From Candidatus Woesearchaeota archaeon (GTDB lineage: Archaea > Nanobdellota > Nanobdellia > Woesearchaeales > JABGXB01): a stretch of DNA of 64,000 nt. Position numbers and translations under genes: made by a program. A model generated the notes under the pieces. It ran no database searches. It was given only the letters and a program-made list of their open reading frames with translations, and was not told the DNA's origin. The stretch is taken from the NCBI GenBank assembly GCA_018675975.1, contig JABGXB010000002.1:318098-382097 (forward strand). The letters are read 5' to 3'. This document shows, one piece after another, positions 51,759 through 60,843 of the stretch (positions within the stretch are counted from its first letter, which is position 1; every line of letters begins with the position of its first letter).

Positions 51759-52046
51759 ATGCTTTATAATTTACACGAAACGGAAAATGGAATTTTATTA
51801 ACATTATGTGATAAAGAATTATTAGGTTTAAAATTAAAAAGTGAGTTCATGGAAATAAAAATTAGCTCACAAATATATGGTGGGAAAAATTTTAATGAAA
51901 ATACAATAAATAATATTGAATTTGATTCAATTAATGCAATTGGTAAAAAAAGTGTTTCTGTTTTAAAAAAAAAAGGACTTTTAAAAAATAATGAAACAGT
52001 ATTTATACAAAATAATCCATATGTACATATAGAAAAACAATTTTAG
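51759..52046 (+). CDS. DUF424-family protein
   Basis: 'LL..CDKELLG', 'YGG', 'INAIGKKSV', 'I...PY'. Confidence 0.75.
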   Translation: MLYNLHETENGILLTLCDKELLGLKLKSEFMEIKISSQIYGGKNFNENTINNIEFDSINAIGKKSVSVLKKKGLLKNNETVFIQNNPYVHIEKQF

Positions 52047-52054
52047 TCTATTAT

Positions 52055-52954
52055 TTATTTAAAAAAATTAGGAGTTACATAAACTTCAAGTAATCCAGAT
52101 ATTAATAGAATTGCTATTGCGATAACAACTAATACAATAAAATCATATAATATTTTATCAAATTTTTCTGTTTTATAATCACCATTAACGATTGCAGCAC
52201 TTAAAATCCCACCGGCAAAACCAGCGAGTAAATAAGAAAATAGTTCAGGTAAACCATGAATTAAATAACGTAATGTTGATTGATAGAATGACATAAACGT
52301 GGCAGCAATAGTAGAATAATCCTTTACCATGTAAATCATATAATATTTATTAAAAAAACTTGAGAAGGCTGCCGCTAAAACACTCCCATTCCAAACTAAA
52401 ATAAAAAGGGCACCAACTCCAAAAATTAATGAAAAAATTAAACTAAATATTAATACGCGTATATTATTTGAAACTATTTTAAGAAAAGTGTCATAATTTT
52501 GTTTTAAAAAATTTCCAGTATTTAAATTAAAACCACCAAAAATTTGAACCATTTTTCCATTAAAAGTATTTTTATTTAAATCATGAATTGTTTGATTTTG
52601 AACTGTAAACATTTGACTTGATAAATTATCTGGCAAAATATAATACCACATAAAAAATGCAAGTGTTATACCTAAAAATAAAAAAAAGTACATTAAAACA
52701 GCTTTTTCATGAAATCTAAGAATATCACCTTCAGATTTATAATTCAATTCATTTACTTCTTCACTCCTTAATAATTTGTAAATAAGTGGTATTCCAATCA
52801 TAGTTGTAAAAAAAACTAAAATTATAGAAGGATTAGTTTTAAAAGTCCATAAACTTAGTAAAACACCAACAGTTGCAAATAATAAACCCACATAAAAAAG
52901 ATCAAACGGTTTAGTTGATTTTTTATCTAGTTTAACAATAGACTCTAATACCAT
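52055..52954 (-). CDS. SpoIIM/DUF95-like membrane protein
   Basis: 'I..NN..V', 'L.WNG', 'HG.PE', 'LE.YVTP'. Confidence 0.8.
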   Translation of the reverse strand: MVLESIVKLDKKSTKPFDLFYVGLLFATVGVLLSLWTFKTNPSIILVFFTTMIGIPLIYKLLRSEEVNELNYKSEGDILRFHEKAVLMYFFLFLGITLAFFMWYYILPDNLSSQMFTVQNQTIHDLNKNTFNGKMVQIFGGFNLNTGNFLKQNYDTFLKIVSNNIRVLIFSLIFSLIFGVGALFILVWNGSVLAAAFSSFFNKYYMIYMVKDYSTIAATFMSFYQSTLRYLIHGLPELFSYLLAGFAGGILSAAIVNGDYKTEKFDKILYDFIVLVVIAIAILLISGLLEVYVTPNFFK

Positions 52955-53014
52955 AACATATTTTCCTTTTTTTAATTTATAAAATAATTGATTTTAATAA
53001 TTTCTTTTTATTAT

Positions 53015-53896
53015 TTATTCTAAAACTTTTAAAACACCAGGTTTAATTTCAAAAACTTCACCTTCTTTTAATAAGTTTTCAAGTATGTCATCAGACCCAT
53101 TAAATTCATTTTCAATTAATTGAATTAAACAACCCGAACCAGTATCATTTTTTCTAATAAAATTAATTATTTTAATTTGAATTGAATCTTCAGATAATTC
53201 AGTTACTTCTTCATCATTTGAATTGTCAGTTTTAATTTCATTTGATTTTAATTCACTTACATTATTATTTTCCTCTAATTTATTATCACTAAGATTATTT
53301 ACAAATTTAGGTTCATAATCATTTTTGGTTTTATTTAAAGACAAATCATCTTCTTCAAACTCCATTTGATTTAATTGATTACTTTCATTTGAATTATTTT
53401 CATTAAATACTTCAGAAGTCGTATTAATATTAGCATTATTATTATTATTAGTTGTATTAGCATTATCTAAATATTTTTTATCAAAATCATTTTGTTTTTC
53501 AAATAATTCATTTTCTAAATTTCTATATATTATCCATTTAGGGTCATTTAATACTTTTACAATTTCTGGCAATATATATTTAATATTATTATATTCTTTA
53601 ACTTTTCCAATTACTAAAATAATGTTTCCTTTTATTATTTTTTTCAAGTAAACAGATTCAAAATCACGAATTTCAATACCAGCAGACCCATCATCTAATA
53701 TTATAGTATCTTGTGAAAATTCGCCATCAATATTAGTATCAATTACAGTTCCTATAATACTAACTCTACTAACTTTTCTATTATCATTTAATTGAACATA
53801 ATTAGGTAACCATCCATCTTGTTTAACATAATTTGAAATATGCAGATCAGAAATTCTTATTTTATATGCAATTTCACGTTTAATATTTGATTCCAT
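53015..53896 (-). CDS. RPA32-like ssDNA-binding protein (OB fold, acidic linker, C-terminal wHTH)
   Basis: 'KRE.AYK..I', 'VSRVSIIGTV', 'LDDGS..I', 'VIGKVKEY', C-terminal 'L..GEVFEIKPG'. Confidence 0.8.
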   Translation of the reverse strand: MESNIKREIAYKIRISDLHISNYVKQDGWLPNYVQLNDNRKVSRVSIIGTVIDTNIDGEFSQDTIILDDGSAGIEIRDFESVYLKKIIKGNIILVIGKVKEYNNIKYILPEIVKVLNDPKWIIYRNLENELFEKQNDFDKKYLDNANTTNNNNNANINTTSEVFNENNSNESNQLNQMEFEEDDLSLNKTKNDYEPKFVNNLSDNKLEENNNVSELKSNEIKTDNSNDEEVTELSEDSIQIKIINFIRKNDTGSGCLIQLIENEFNGSDDILENLLKEGEVFEIKPGVLKVLE

Positions 53897-53941
53897 TTTT
53901 TTTTAATTTATTATTTTATTAATAATGATTTATATTTTTCA

Positions 53942-55968
53942 TTATAACCTAGAATAAAAACCTCTTTTTGGTTCATATATATCACCAGTTCTTTTTAATT
54001 TTTCTAATCCTTCTTCAATTTCTGAAACATCCAAACCAAGTTTCTCTGCTTTTTTTAATATATCATCAATAGGAATAACTTTTCCAACTTCATCCTCTAA
54101 TTCTTTAATAATTTTATTTAAATTCATTATTTTAGATCTTTGAGATTGACTCATTCCAACAGAACTAATTTTGTCAATATCAATTTTACCAGTTTCTTTA
54201 TCTAATGCAATTTCACTCAAACAATGATGTAAAAGGTCAATTGCAATTCTTGCATCAGAAAAATCAACAGTTTCAGATAATCTTGTTTTTGCACTAGCTT
54301 CAGCTAAACGAAGTAGACCTTCTAATTGTCTTGTTGTTATAGCAACACCCCGTACCGAACCATCTTCACTAATACCACTACTTCTCATTTCAACATAATA
54401 TTTTTTTATTTCTGCTAATGCCTCAACAGACAATTGAGGATTACAAGTTTTTCTTGAGTATGCAACAAATTTTCTTATTAATTCAGTTTCTATAGGTGGC
54501 GCATCAAAAGTATTTGTTTGATGAATTTTTAAAATAAAATCCGCAAGTAAATCATCTTTAAATCTGTCCGGAACATCTTTTATTGGAAAAATTAAATCAA
54601 ATCTTGAAATTAATGCAGGTGGTAAATCAATTTGATCATTAATTGGTGCATATGGATCAAAACGACCAAATTTTGGATTAGCTGCAGCAAGTACTGTCGT
54701 TTCACATCTTAATGTTGCTTGAATATTTGCTTTTGCAATTGTAACTGTTTGTTGTTCTAAACATTCGTGCATGGCAGATCGATCCTCAGTAGTCATTTTA
54801 TCCATTTCATCAATAAAACAAAAACCATTATTGGCAAGAACCATCGCTCCCGCTTCAAGAGACCAAGACCCAGTCATTTCATCTCTTATTACACTTGCAG
54901 TTAAACCGGCACCAGTTGTACCCTTACCAGAAACTGATTTTATTTAGGTGCAACAACAGCCATTCGCCTCATAATTTGTGTTTTACCTGCACCAGGGTCC
55001 CCAATTAATAAAATATGCATATCACCCCTAGTGCTAACACCATCCGGTCTCATTTTACGAGAACCACCAAATAATTGTAAAACTAATGCTTGCTTTACTC
55101 GATCATAACCATAAATTGTAGGACAAAGTGAATTAGTAATTTTTTCAAATACATCTTTATCATTAGCTAATTCTTTTATTTTTTTTTCTTCTTCTTTAGT
55201 TATTTTAATATCATCAAAATCCTCACTTAAAGAAATATAGTTATTACCTTCTATTAATAAATCATAATTTACAGTTTTTGCACCACTTTTTCCTTCAATG
55301 GGAACTTCTTTTAAAATACCAACAACTTCTATTTTCATACCTGGATTTGTTTTTTTATCATTAAAAGGACTAACTAAATCACTAAATAAAATCATTTTTA
55401 ATTTTTTAGGTTGTGTTGATCCACCAATATCTTCATGGCCTTCTTCTAAATCAAGTATTTGTGCATCAATTAATTTTTTATCTGCTAATTTAAATTTACC
55501 TTTTCTACCACAACTAGAACACATAGACGGTTCATTAAACTTTTTTTCTAATTGTGCTAATTCAATAATATTTCCACAACTAGGACATTCAAAATTTGCT
55601 AAAACACATTTAGGTCTTATTTCACTTTTTGTTTTTACAATACCTTTAAATTTTAATAATTTTGAAATGTGTCTTGTCCTTGCATGAGAAATTTTAATTT
55701 CTACACTATCAGGTAAATTAAAAAATCTAACTTTTACTTCTTCAATTCCATCAGGCAAACCCATATTTTGAATTGCTAATTCTGCAGCTTTAATTGTAGT
55801 ATCTGGTTGTTCTAATAAATCTTCAGATGCTTTTATATTAAATTTAGCTAGTTTTTCAAAATCAACAGAAATTGTATGGTAAACTTCATTAAAAGAATCC
55901 ATTATATCCTTAGAATAATTTTTCTCAAAAAATTTACCAAATTCTAAAACTAGTTCTGCCCCTTCCAA
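53942..55968 (-). CDS. mcm: MCM replicative helicase, interrupted by a 1-nt frameshift at ~54943
   Basis: 5' part: zinc finger CPSC/CSSC, Walker A GDPGAGKT, ending APK*. 3' frame is open from 54943: IKSVSGKGTTGAGLTA...LEAGAMVLA, Walker B IDEMDKM, 'AAANP', 'SRFD', C-terminal wHTH. Confidence 0.95.
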
Positions 55969-56109
55969 TGTATTTATTGGGATTAGAAATTGTATATAAA
56001 GATAACTTCAATTAAATTAAAAAAAAAATAAAATATATTCATTAAAAAATAATTATTGAAAAATATTTGTTAGAAAATAAATATTGAAATTTGTTTTATT
56101 TGAAAATTA

Positions 56110-56691
56110 TTATTTTTTATTTATACCTTTTAAAATAACTAATAATTTTTCAATTGATCTTTCTACTTGTGCTTCATCTTTAGTTCCAGTACAAACAATT
56201 TTACCATTTCTAAATAATAAGAACGTAGCACCTTTTCTATCAGATTCATCAGGTAATCTAAATACTAAACCAGGAAATTGTTCAGGTTCATATTCTGTAT
56301 TTTCTAATTGTAAAGCTAATTGATTTAAATTTAAATCTATTCCAATATTACCTTTTGCAACCATATTTACAACTTCAAAAGCAGGATCTCTTACTGGTAT
56401 TTTTATACCAATTGATTCTACTATTTCAATTAATCTTGCAATTGATCTTTTAACATCTTCAAGTGAAGTTGTACCAGTTGAAACTATTTTCCCACTTGAG
56501 AAAATTAATGCAGTTGATACTGGTTTATCAATTCTTAAAACTAAACCAGGAAATTGTTCAGGATTATATTCAGTATTTGGCAAAGTTGCTGCCATTTTTT
56601 CTAATGGAACATCATGTTCCAAACTTGATGAAACTACAATATTTGTAATTTTTGTTTCTTTTTTATGATCAAATGCCATTTTAGTCTCCAA
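56110..56691 (-). CDS. tbp: TATA-box-binding protein
   Basis: Two repeats: 'EYNPEQFPGLVLRI...LIFSSGKIVSTG' and 'EYEPEQFPGLVFRL...LLFRNGKIVCTG'. Confidence 0.97.
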   Translation of the reverse strand: METKMAFDHKKETKITNIVVSSSLEHDVPLEKMAATLPNTEYNPEQFPGLVLRIDKPVSTALIFSSGKIVSTGTTSLEDVKRSIARLIEIVESIGIKIPVRDPAFEVVNMVAKGNIGIDLNLNQLALQLENTEYEPEQFPGLVFRLPDESDRKGATFLLFRNGKIVCTGTKDEAQVERSIEKLLVILKGINKK

Positions 56692-56811
56692 ACTAAGTGT
56701 TTATATTATCTTTATAAAGTGGGTCTAAATTTATAAAGGTATGTTTTTAAAAAAACGTATAAAATACACAATAAATCACATATAATAGACAAAAAAGGTA
56801 AATTAATTAAA

Positions 56812-56823
56812 TGAGTTAACTCA
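56812..56823. promoter_or_regulatory. Perfect 12-bp palindrome TGAGTTAACTCA, possible operator
   Basis: Read directly; lies 10 nt upstream of the A24 peptidase start. Confidence 0.3.
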
Positions 56824-56833
56824 AAAAATAAAT

Positions 56834-57574
56834 ATGGACATATTATTTTTAATTCAAATCATCACATATGTAATATTTGGTACTCTAATCACATATAATG
56901 ATATAAAATATGCTAAAATTTACAATAAACATATTATTCTATTATTTTTTTTATCTATAGCAATGAATTTTGGTGAATTGTTTACAGTTGATTTTTATTT
57001 AATCAACATTATTTCCTTTATTGTATTTTATTTATTATATAAATTAAAATTAATAGGCGCAGGAGATTCAAAATTATTAATTGTTAGTATATTATATTTT
57101 TCAAATTTAATTGTTGAATTAAATCAAATAATTGAATTTTTAAAATATCCAATAATTTTATTTGTTATTTGGAATTTCATTTTATTTTTAAAAAAATTTA
57201 AAAATTTTGAAGTAGATATACAAGAATTTTTATTTAAATGTTTATTATATATCTTAGGATCCATAATATATTTAAAATATTTTAATTTAGGATGGGAACA
57301 TTTTTTAATCTATATTCTTATAATTGGAATATTTTATTCACAGATTAAAAAATATTTAATTAAAAAATTTGAATATAGTCAAATATATTTCCTTTTAAGT
57401 TTAATTAGTATAATTTTATTTTTTATATTATCTATTGGATTTATAGAATTATTATATAGAATTAGTTTTATTTTATTAATTCTGTTATCTGAACAAATTA
57501 TTTTACACAATAGTGAAAATATTAAATTTGGCCCATATATTATTTTAGGTGTTTTAATTTATGCAATCTCATAA
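56834..57574 (+). CDS. A24-family prepilin/class III signal peptidase-like protein
   Basis: First Asp in 'TYNDIKYAKIYN', GxGD motif 'IGAGDSKL', C-terminal 'IKFGPYIILG'; multi-TM. Confidence 0.85.
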   Translation: MDILFLIQIITYVIFGTLITYNDIKYAKIYNKHIILLFFLSIAMNFGELFTVDFYLINIISFIVFYLLYKLKLIGAGDSKLLIVSILYFSNLIVELNQIIEFLKYPIILFVIWNFILFLKKFKNFEVDIQEFLFKCLLYILGSIIYLKYFNLGWEHFLIYILIIGIFYSQIKKYLIKKFEYSQIYFLLSLISIILFFILSIGFIELLYRISFILLILLSEQIILHNSENIKFGPYIILGVLIYAIS

Positions 57575-58313
57575 AATTAGAGCTGATTTGAAAGAGAAAT
57601 TTAAAATAAAAAATTTATTTCTTTTAAAAAAAGGAAATGATTATTTTATATTTAGAAGTGGATTTGAAATATATTCAGTTTACTTTAATATTGAAGATTT
57701 TAATAGCGTTAAAGAACGCCTTGAAAAATTAGATAAAAATTTTGAAGAATATGATTTAAAATTAATTATAATATCAATTGAAAAAGAAGGTCTTTTAAAT
57801 TATATTAAAAAAAAATTAATAAGTGATTATTTTATTATAAAATTTGTTAAATTAATTAAAAAAATACATAATAAATATAATACTAAACTTGAAAATTTTA
57901 ATTATATTACACAAATCAGATATGATTGTAAATTAGATGATGAGAATTTTGTAAATGAAAATTTAGATAAAATACAAAATTTACTTTTAAATATTAAAAC
58001 TGTAAATGCGATTATTGAAATAAATAATAAAAAAATTCAATTGTTTAATATTAAATATAAAAAAGAAAAAATTCACAAAAATTATAAAACATATCTCAAT
58101 GATAAATTTGGTATTGAAAGTGAACTTGATAATCCTAATTTATATTTATCTATTTTAAATTTAAATAATGTAGTTTTTGGAAATGAATGCCACATAATTG
58201 ACTATAATAACTTAGGTTTAATGTCTAAAGAAGATGGATTTAAAATATTAAAAAAATTATTAGGAAAAAAATATAAATTATTCGAAAAAGAATATAACAA
58301 AAATGAAAAGTAA
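57561..58313 (+). CDS. Hypothetical protein with degenerate APH/choline-kinase-like C-terminus
   Basis: 'LSILNLNNVVF...HIIDYNNLGL...ED' resembles HxDxxxxN...IID, but the catalytic HxD is absent. Confidence 0.35.
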   Translation: MQSHKIRADLKEKFKIKNLFLLKKGNDYFIFRSGFEIYSVYFNIEDFNSVKERLEKLDKNFEEYDLKLIIISIEKEGLLNYIKKKLISDYFIIKFVKLIKKIHNKYNTKLENFNYITQIRYDCKLDDENFVNENLDKIQNLLLNIKTVNAIIEINNKKIQLFNIKYKKEKIHKNYKTYLNDKFGIESELDNPNLYLSILNLNNVVFGNECHIIDYNNLGLMSKEDGFKILKKLLGKKYKLFEKEYNKNEK

Positions 58314-58623
58314 TATAGATTATTATCAAATAAAAGAGAATAGGATTTTTCTAAAAATTAATACATCAGTTTATAGTTTTGAAGTAATAATTTCAACTTT
58401 ATATCCATATTTAGAAGATAATTATATAATTTTAGATGGAGATAGAAATTCAACAGTAAATGTTGAAATTAAACCAAAAAGAAAAATAGATTTAGATGAA
58501 TTTGCTAATGAAATATTTAATAGATTATTTCTATATAATATACATGAAATGAGTCAAAATAAAAATCGGGACATTATTGATAATATAATGAAAAATACAT
58601 TAAATAAATTTAATAAAAAATGA
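58303..58623 (+). CDS. hxsD: HxsD-like protein (His-Xaa-Ser system)
   Basis: 'LKINTSVYSFEVI..T.Y.Y.ED.YI.LDG...EFANE..N.L......R..I' and position next to the HxsB-like gene. Confidence 0.7.
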   Translation: MKSNIDYYQIKENRIFLKINTSVYSFEVIISTLYPYLEDNYIILDGDRNSTVNVEIKPKRKIDLDEFANEIFNRLFLYNIHEMSQNKNRDIIDNIMKNTLNKFNKK

Positions 58624-58841
58624 AATTAAATAAAAAAATTTACAAAAAATCAAATATTATTGAAAGTAATTTAAAGTTTAAAGATCAATTTAGTATTATT
58701 GAAAAAGATCAACATTTTGAAATAGAATTTAAAGATAATATGGTTCACGAAAACATAAAAAAAAGAATGCTATACGAATTTGCAAATTATATTTTTGAAA
58801 TTCAAATAGAAAAAGGTGATTTTGATAGAAACAGTTGTTGA
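58620..58841 (+). CDS. Second, shorter HxsD-like protein
   Basis: 'LNKKIYKKSNI......FK...YEFANYIF' parallels the upstream paralog. Confidence 0.6.
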   Translation: MKLNKKIYKKSNIIESNLKFKDQFSIIEKDQHFEIEFKDNMVHENIKKRMLYEFANYIFEIQIEKGDFDRNSC

Positions 58842-60234
58842 TTTTCCATTAAAAGATTTTGTATTTAATAGATTTAGATTTAAAAAATATTTAGGAAATT
58901 ATTTAGTAATTGGAAATGATGGTGGAAGTATTTTTTTAACAGAAAATGAGTTTAAGGACATGTTAGAAAAAAGAATTATCCATGGAAGTGAATTATATAA
59001 TAAATTAATTAATTCTAGAATTATAATTGATGGAAGTAACTTGGGTCAATTAGAAAAAGGAATAATTAACAGATATCATTTCATTAAAGGATATCCCACA
59101 TTAAATATTGTTGTAATTTCAAATAGGTGCACACATAAATGTGTTTATTGTCATGCTGCAAGTGCACAAGCAGCTAAAGAAGAATTTGATTTAAGTTTAG
59201 AAAATGCAAAAAAAACCTGTGACACAATATTAAGTAATCCAAGTAAAAACATTTTAATTGAATTTCAAGGTGGAGAGCCATTAATTAATTTTGAAGCAAT
59301 TCAATTTATTGTTGAATATGCAAGAAAAAATGCTAATGGAAAAAAAATTAATTTTGCATTAGTAACTAATTTAGAATTAATGGATGATTTGAAATTTGAA
59401 TATTTAATTAAAAATAATATAAGTATATGTACTAGTTTAGATGGAAATGAGGAAGTTCATAATTTTAATCGTAAAAGTGAAAATAAAGAATTTAATAGTT
59501 TTTTAAATATTGTTAAATGGATTGAAAAAATAAAAAAAGTCCAAAAACCTGCGGCATTGGTTACAGTTACAAAAAAAGGTATTGAAAATTATAAAGAAAT
59601 TATTGATACATATATAAAACTGGGTTTTGAGAGTATTTTTTTAAGACCATTACATTTTTTAGGGACTGCAAAAAGTACAATCAGTTCAATTGGGTATACT
59701 GGCTCAGAATTTATTGAATTTTATAAAAAATCATTAAATTATATTATTGAAAAAAATAAACAAGGAATTAAATTAGTTGAAATGAATGCATTATATAAAA
59801 TGCATAAAATAACTGATAGACCAGACCCGTGTTTAAGTGAATTAATGAGCCCATCTGGAAGTTGTATTGGTCAAATTGCATATAATCATGATGGTCGCGT
59901 ATTTAGTTGTGATGATGGCCGTAATGAAAGTAGTAGCGATGGATTTTTTCAAATTGGTGTAGCTGGCGAAGATATTAATACAATATTATCTAGAGATAAG
60001 GTAAAATTAATAGTTGAATCATCAATAAATGACAAATATGATTGTGATTTGTGCGTATATAAACCATTTTGTGGATTTAGCACACCACAAAATTATGGAA
60101 AATTAAATACAATTGTACCAATTAATATTGAAGATAGTCGATGTAAAATTGCAATGGGTGAATTTGATTTCCTATTTGAAAAAATGAAAAATAATAAAGA
60201 AGATTGGAATGTATTATATTCTTGGATTAATTAA
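58816..60234 (+). CDS. hxsB: Radical SAM/SPASM maturase, HxsB-like
   Basis: CxxxCxxC 'CTHKCVYC', 'IEFQGGEPL', 'TSLDG...HN.NR', 'SIFLRPL..LG.A', 'L.SP.G..IGQIAYN.DG.VFSCDDGR', 'CDLC.YKPFCG'. The start may be the TTG at 58822. Confidence 0.88.
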   Translation: MILIETVVDFPLKDFVFNRFRFKKYLGNYLVIGNDGGSIFLTENEFKDMLEKRIIHGSELYNKLINSRIIIDGSNLGQLEKGIINRYHFIKGYPTLNIVVISNRCTHKCVYCHAASAQAAKEEFDLSLENAKKTCDTILSNPSKNILIEFQGGEPLINFEAIQFIVEYARKNANGKKINFALVTNLELMDDLKFEYLIKNNISICTSLDGNEEVHNFNRKSENKEFNSFLNIVKWIEKIKKVQKPAALVTVTKKGIENYKEIIDTYIKLGFESIFLRPLHFLGTAKSTISSIGYTGSEFIEFYKKSLNYIIEKNKQGIKLVEMNALYKMHKITDRPDPCLSELMSPSGSCIGQIAYNHDGRVFSCDDGRNESSSDGFFQIGVAGEDINTILSRDKVKLIVESSINDKYDCDLCVYKPFCGFSTPQNYGKLNTIVPINIEDSRCKIAMGEFDFLFEKMKNNKEDWNVLYSWIN

Positions 60235-60734
60235 CCAAAAAATCCACCAGACTCTTCATTAGAGTGGTTAACATAAGACCATGTTTTTTTAACTACTTGA
60301 AGACAATTATGATGTTTTAAAATAGCATCATCAAAAATATTATCTATTGCTAAATTATTTGAATGAAAAAAATAATTTTTTGAATCAATGTATTTTGGAT
60401 TATCAATTACACTTTGTTGAGAACCATGATGATCTGTATATTGTGCAGGTTTATTTAATTCATAAGGATTGGTACTAAACTCCCCATTTGTTGATAAATC
60501 TAAAATGCCACCTTCAACAATTTCCATACCATAACATTTCCCAAATAATAATTCATGATTAAGGGTAGGTATGTCTTTTGATTGAGCTGCAGAAACAGAA
60601 TCCATTAATAATACCAATAATGCAATATTAACTACATTTTTAGATTTTACATTACCATCTTGATTTGAAATAAAATTATTGTTTTTTAAAAAAGATGATA
60701 TTTTTTTTTTTATTTTTGGTATAAACATAATCAA
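60231..60734 (-). CDS. Secreted His-motif protein, candidate precursor/substrate of the radical SAM enzyme
   Basis: Basic amphipathic leader 'KIKKKISSFL', 'NQDGNVKSK', hydrophobic stretch and 'SVSA'; C-terminal half has HGS, HSN, HHN, HSN. Confidence 0.65.
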   Translation of the reverse strand: MIMFIPKIKKKISSFLKNNNFISNQDGNVKSKNVVNIALLVLLMDSVSAAQSKDIPTLNHELLFGKCYGMEIVEGGILDLSTNGEFSTNPYELNKPAQYTDHHGSQQSVIDNPKYIDSKNYFFHSNNLAIDNIFDDAILKHHNCLQVVKKTWSYVNHSNEESGGFFG

Positions 60735-60843
60735 AAAAGAATTAATACAAATATAAATCTTACTGTGAATAAATTTAAAAATAAAAAGTTAATAATGTTT
60801 ATAAAATAAGAAACATTTAATTGAATATAAAAAGGGGTAATAA

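Noticed and set aside
54940..54942. Stop-codon reassignment or alternative genetic code
   Set aside because: Readthrough of this TAA would not restore the frame. TAA and TGA end many conserved genes at expected positions, and Trp is encoded by TGG.
53942..55968. Intein or bulge-helix-bulge intron explaining the MCM break
   Set aside because: The junction is 1 nt shorter than the expected coding length rather than longer, so there is no inserted sequence to splice.
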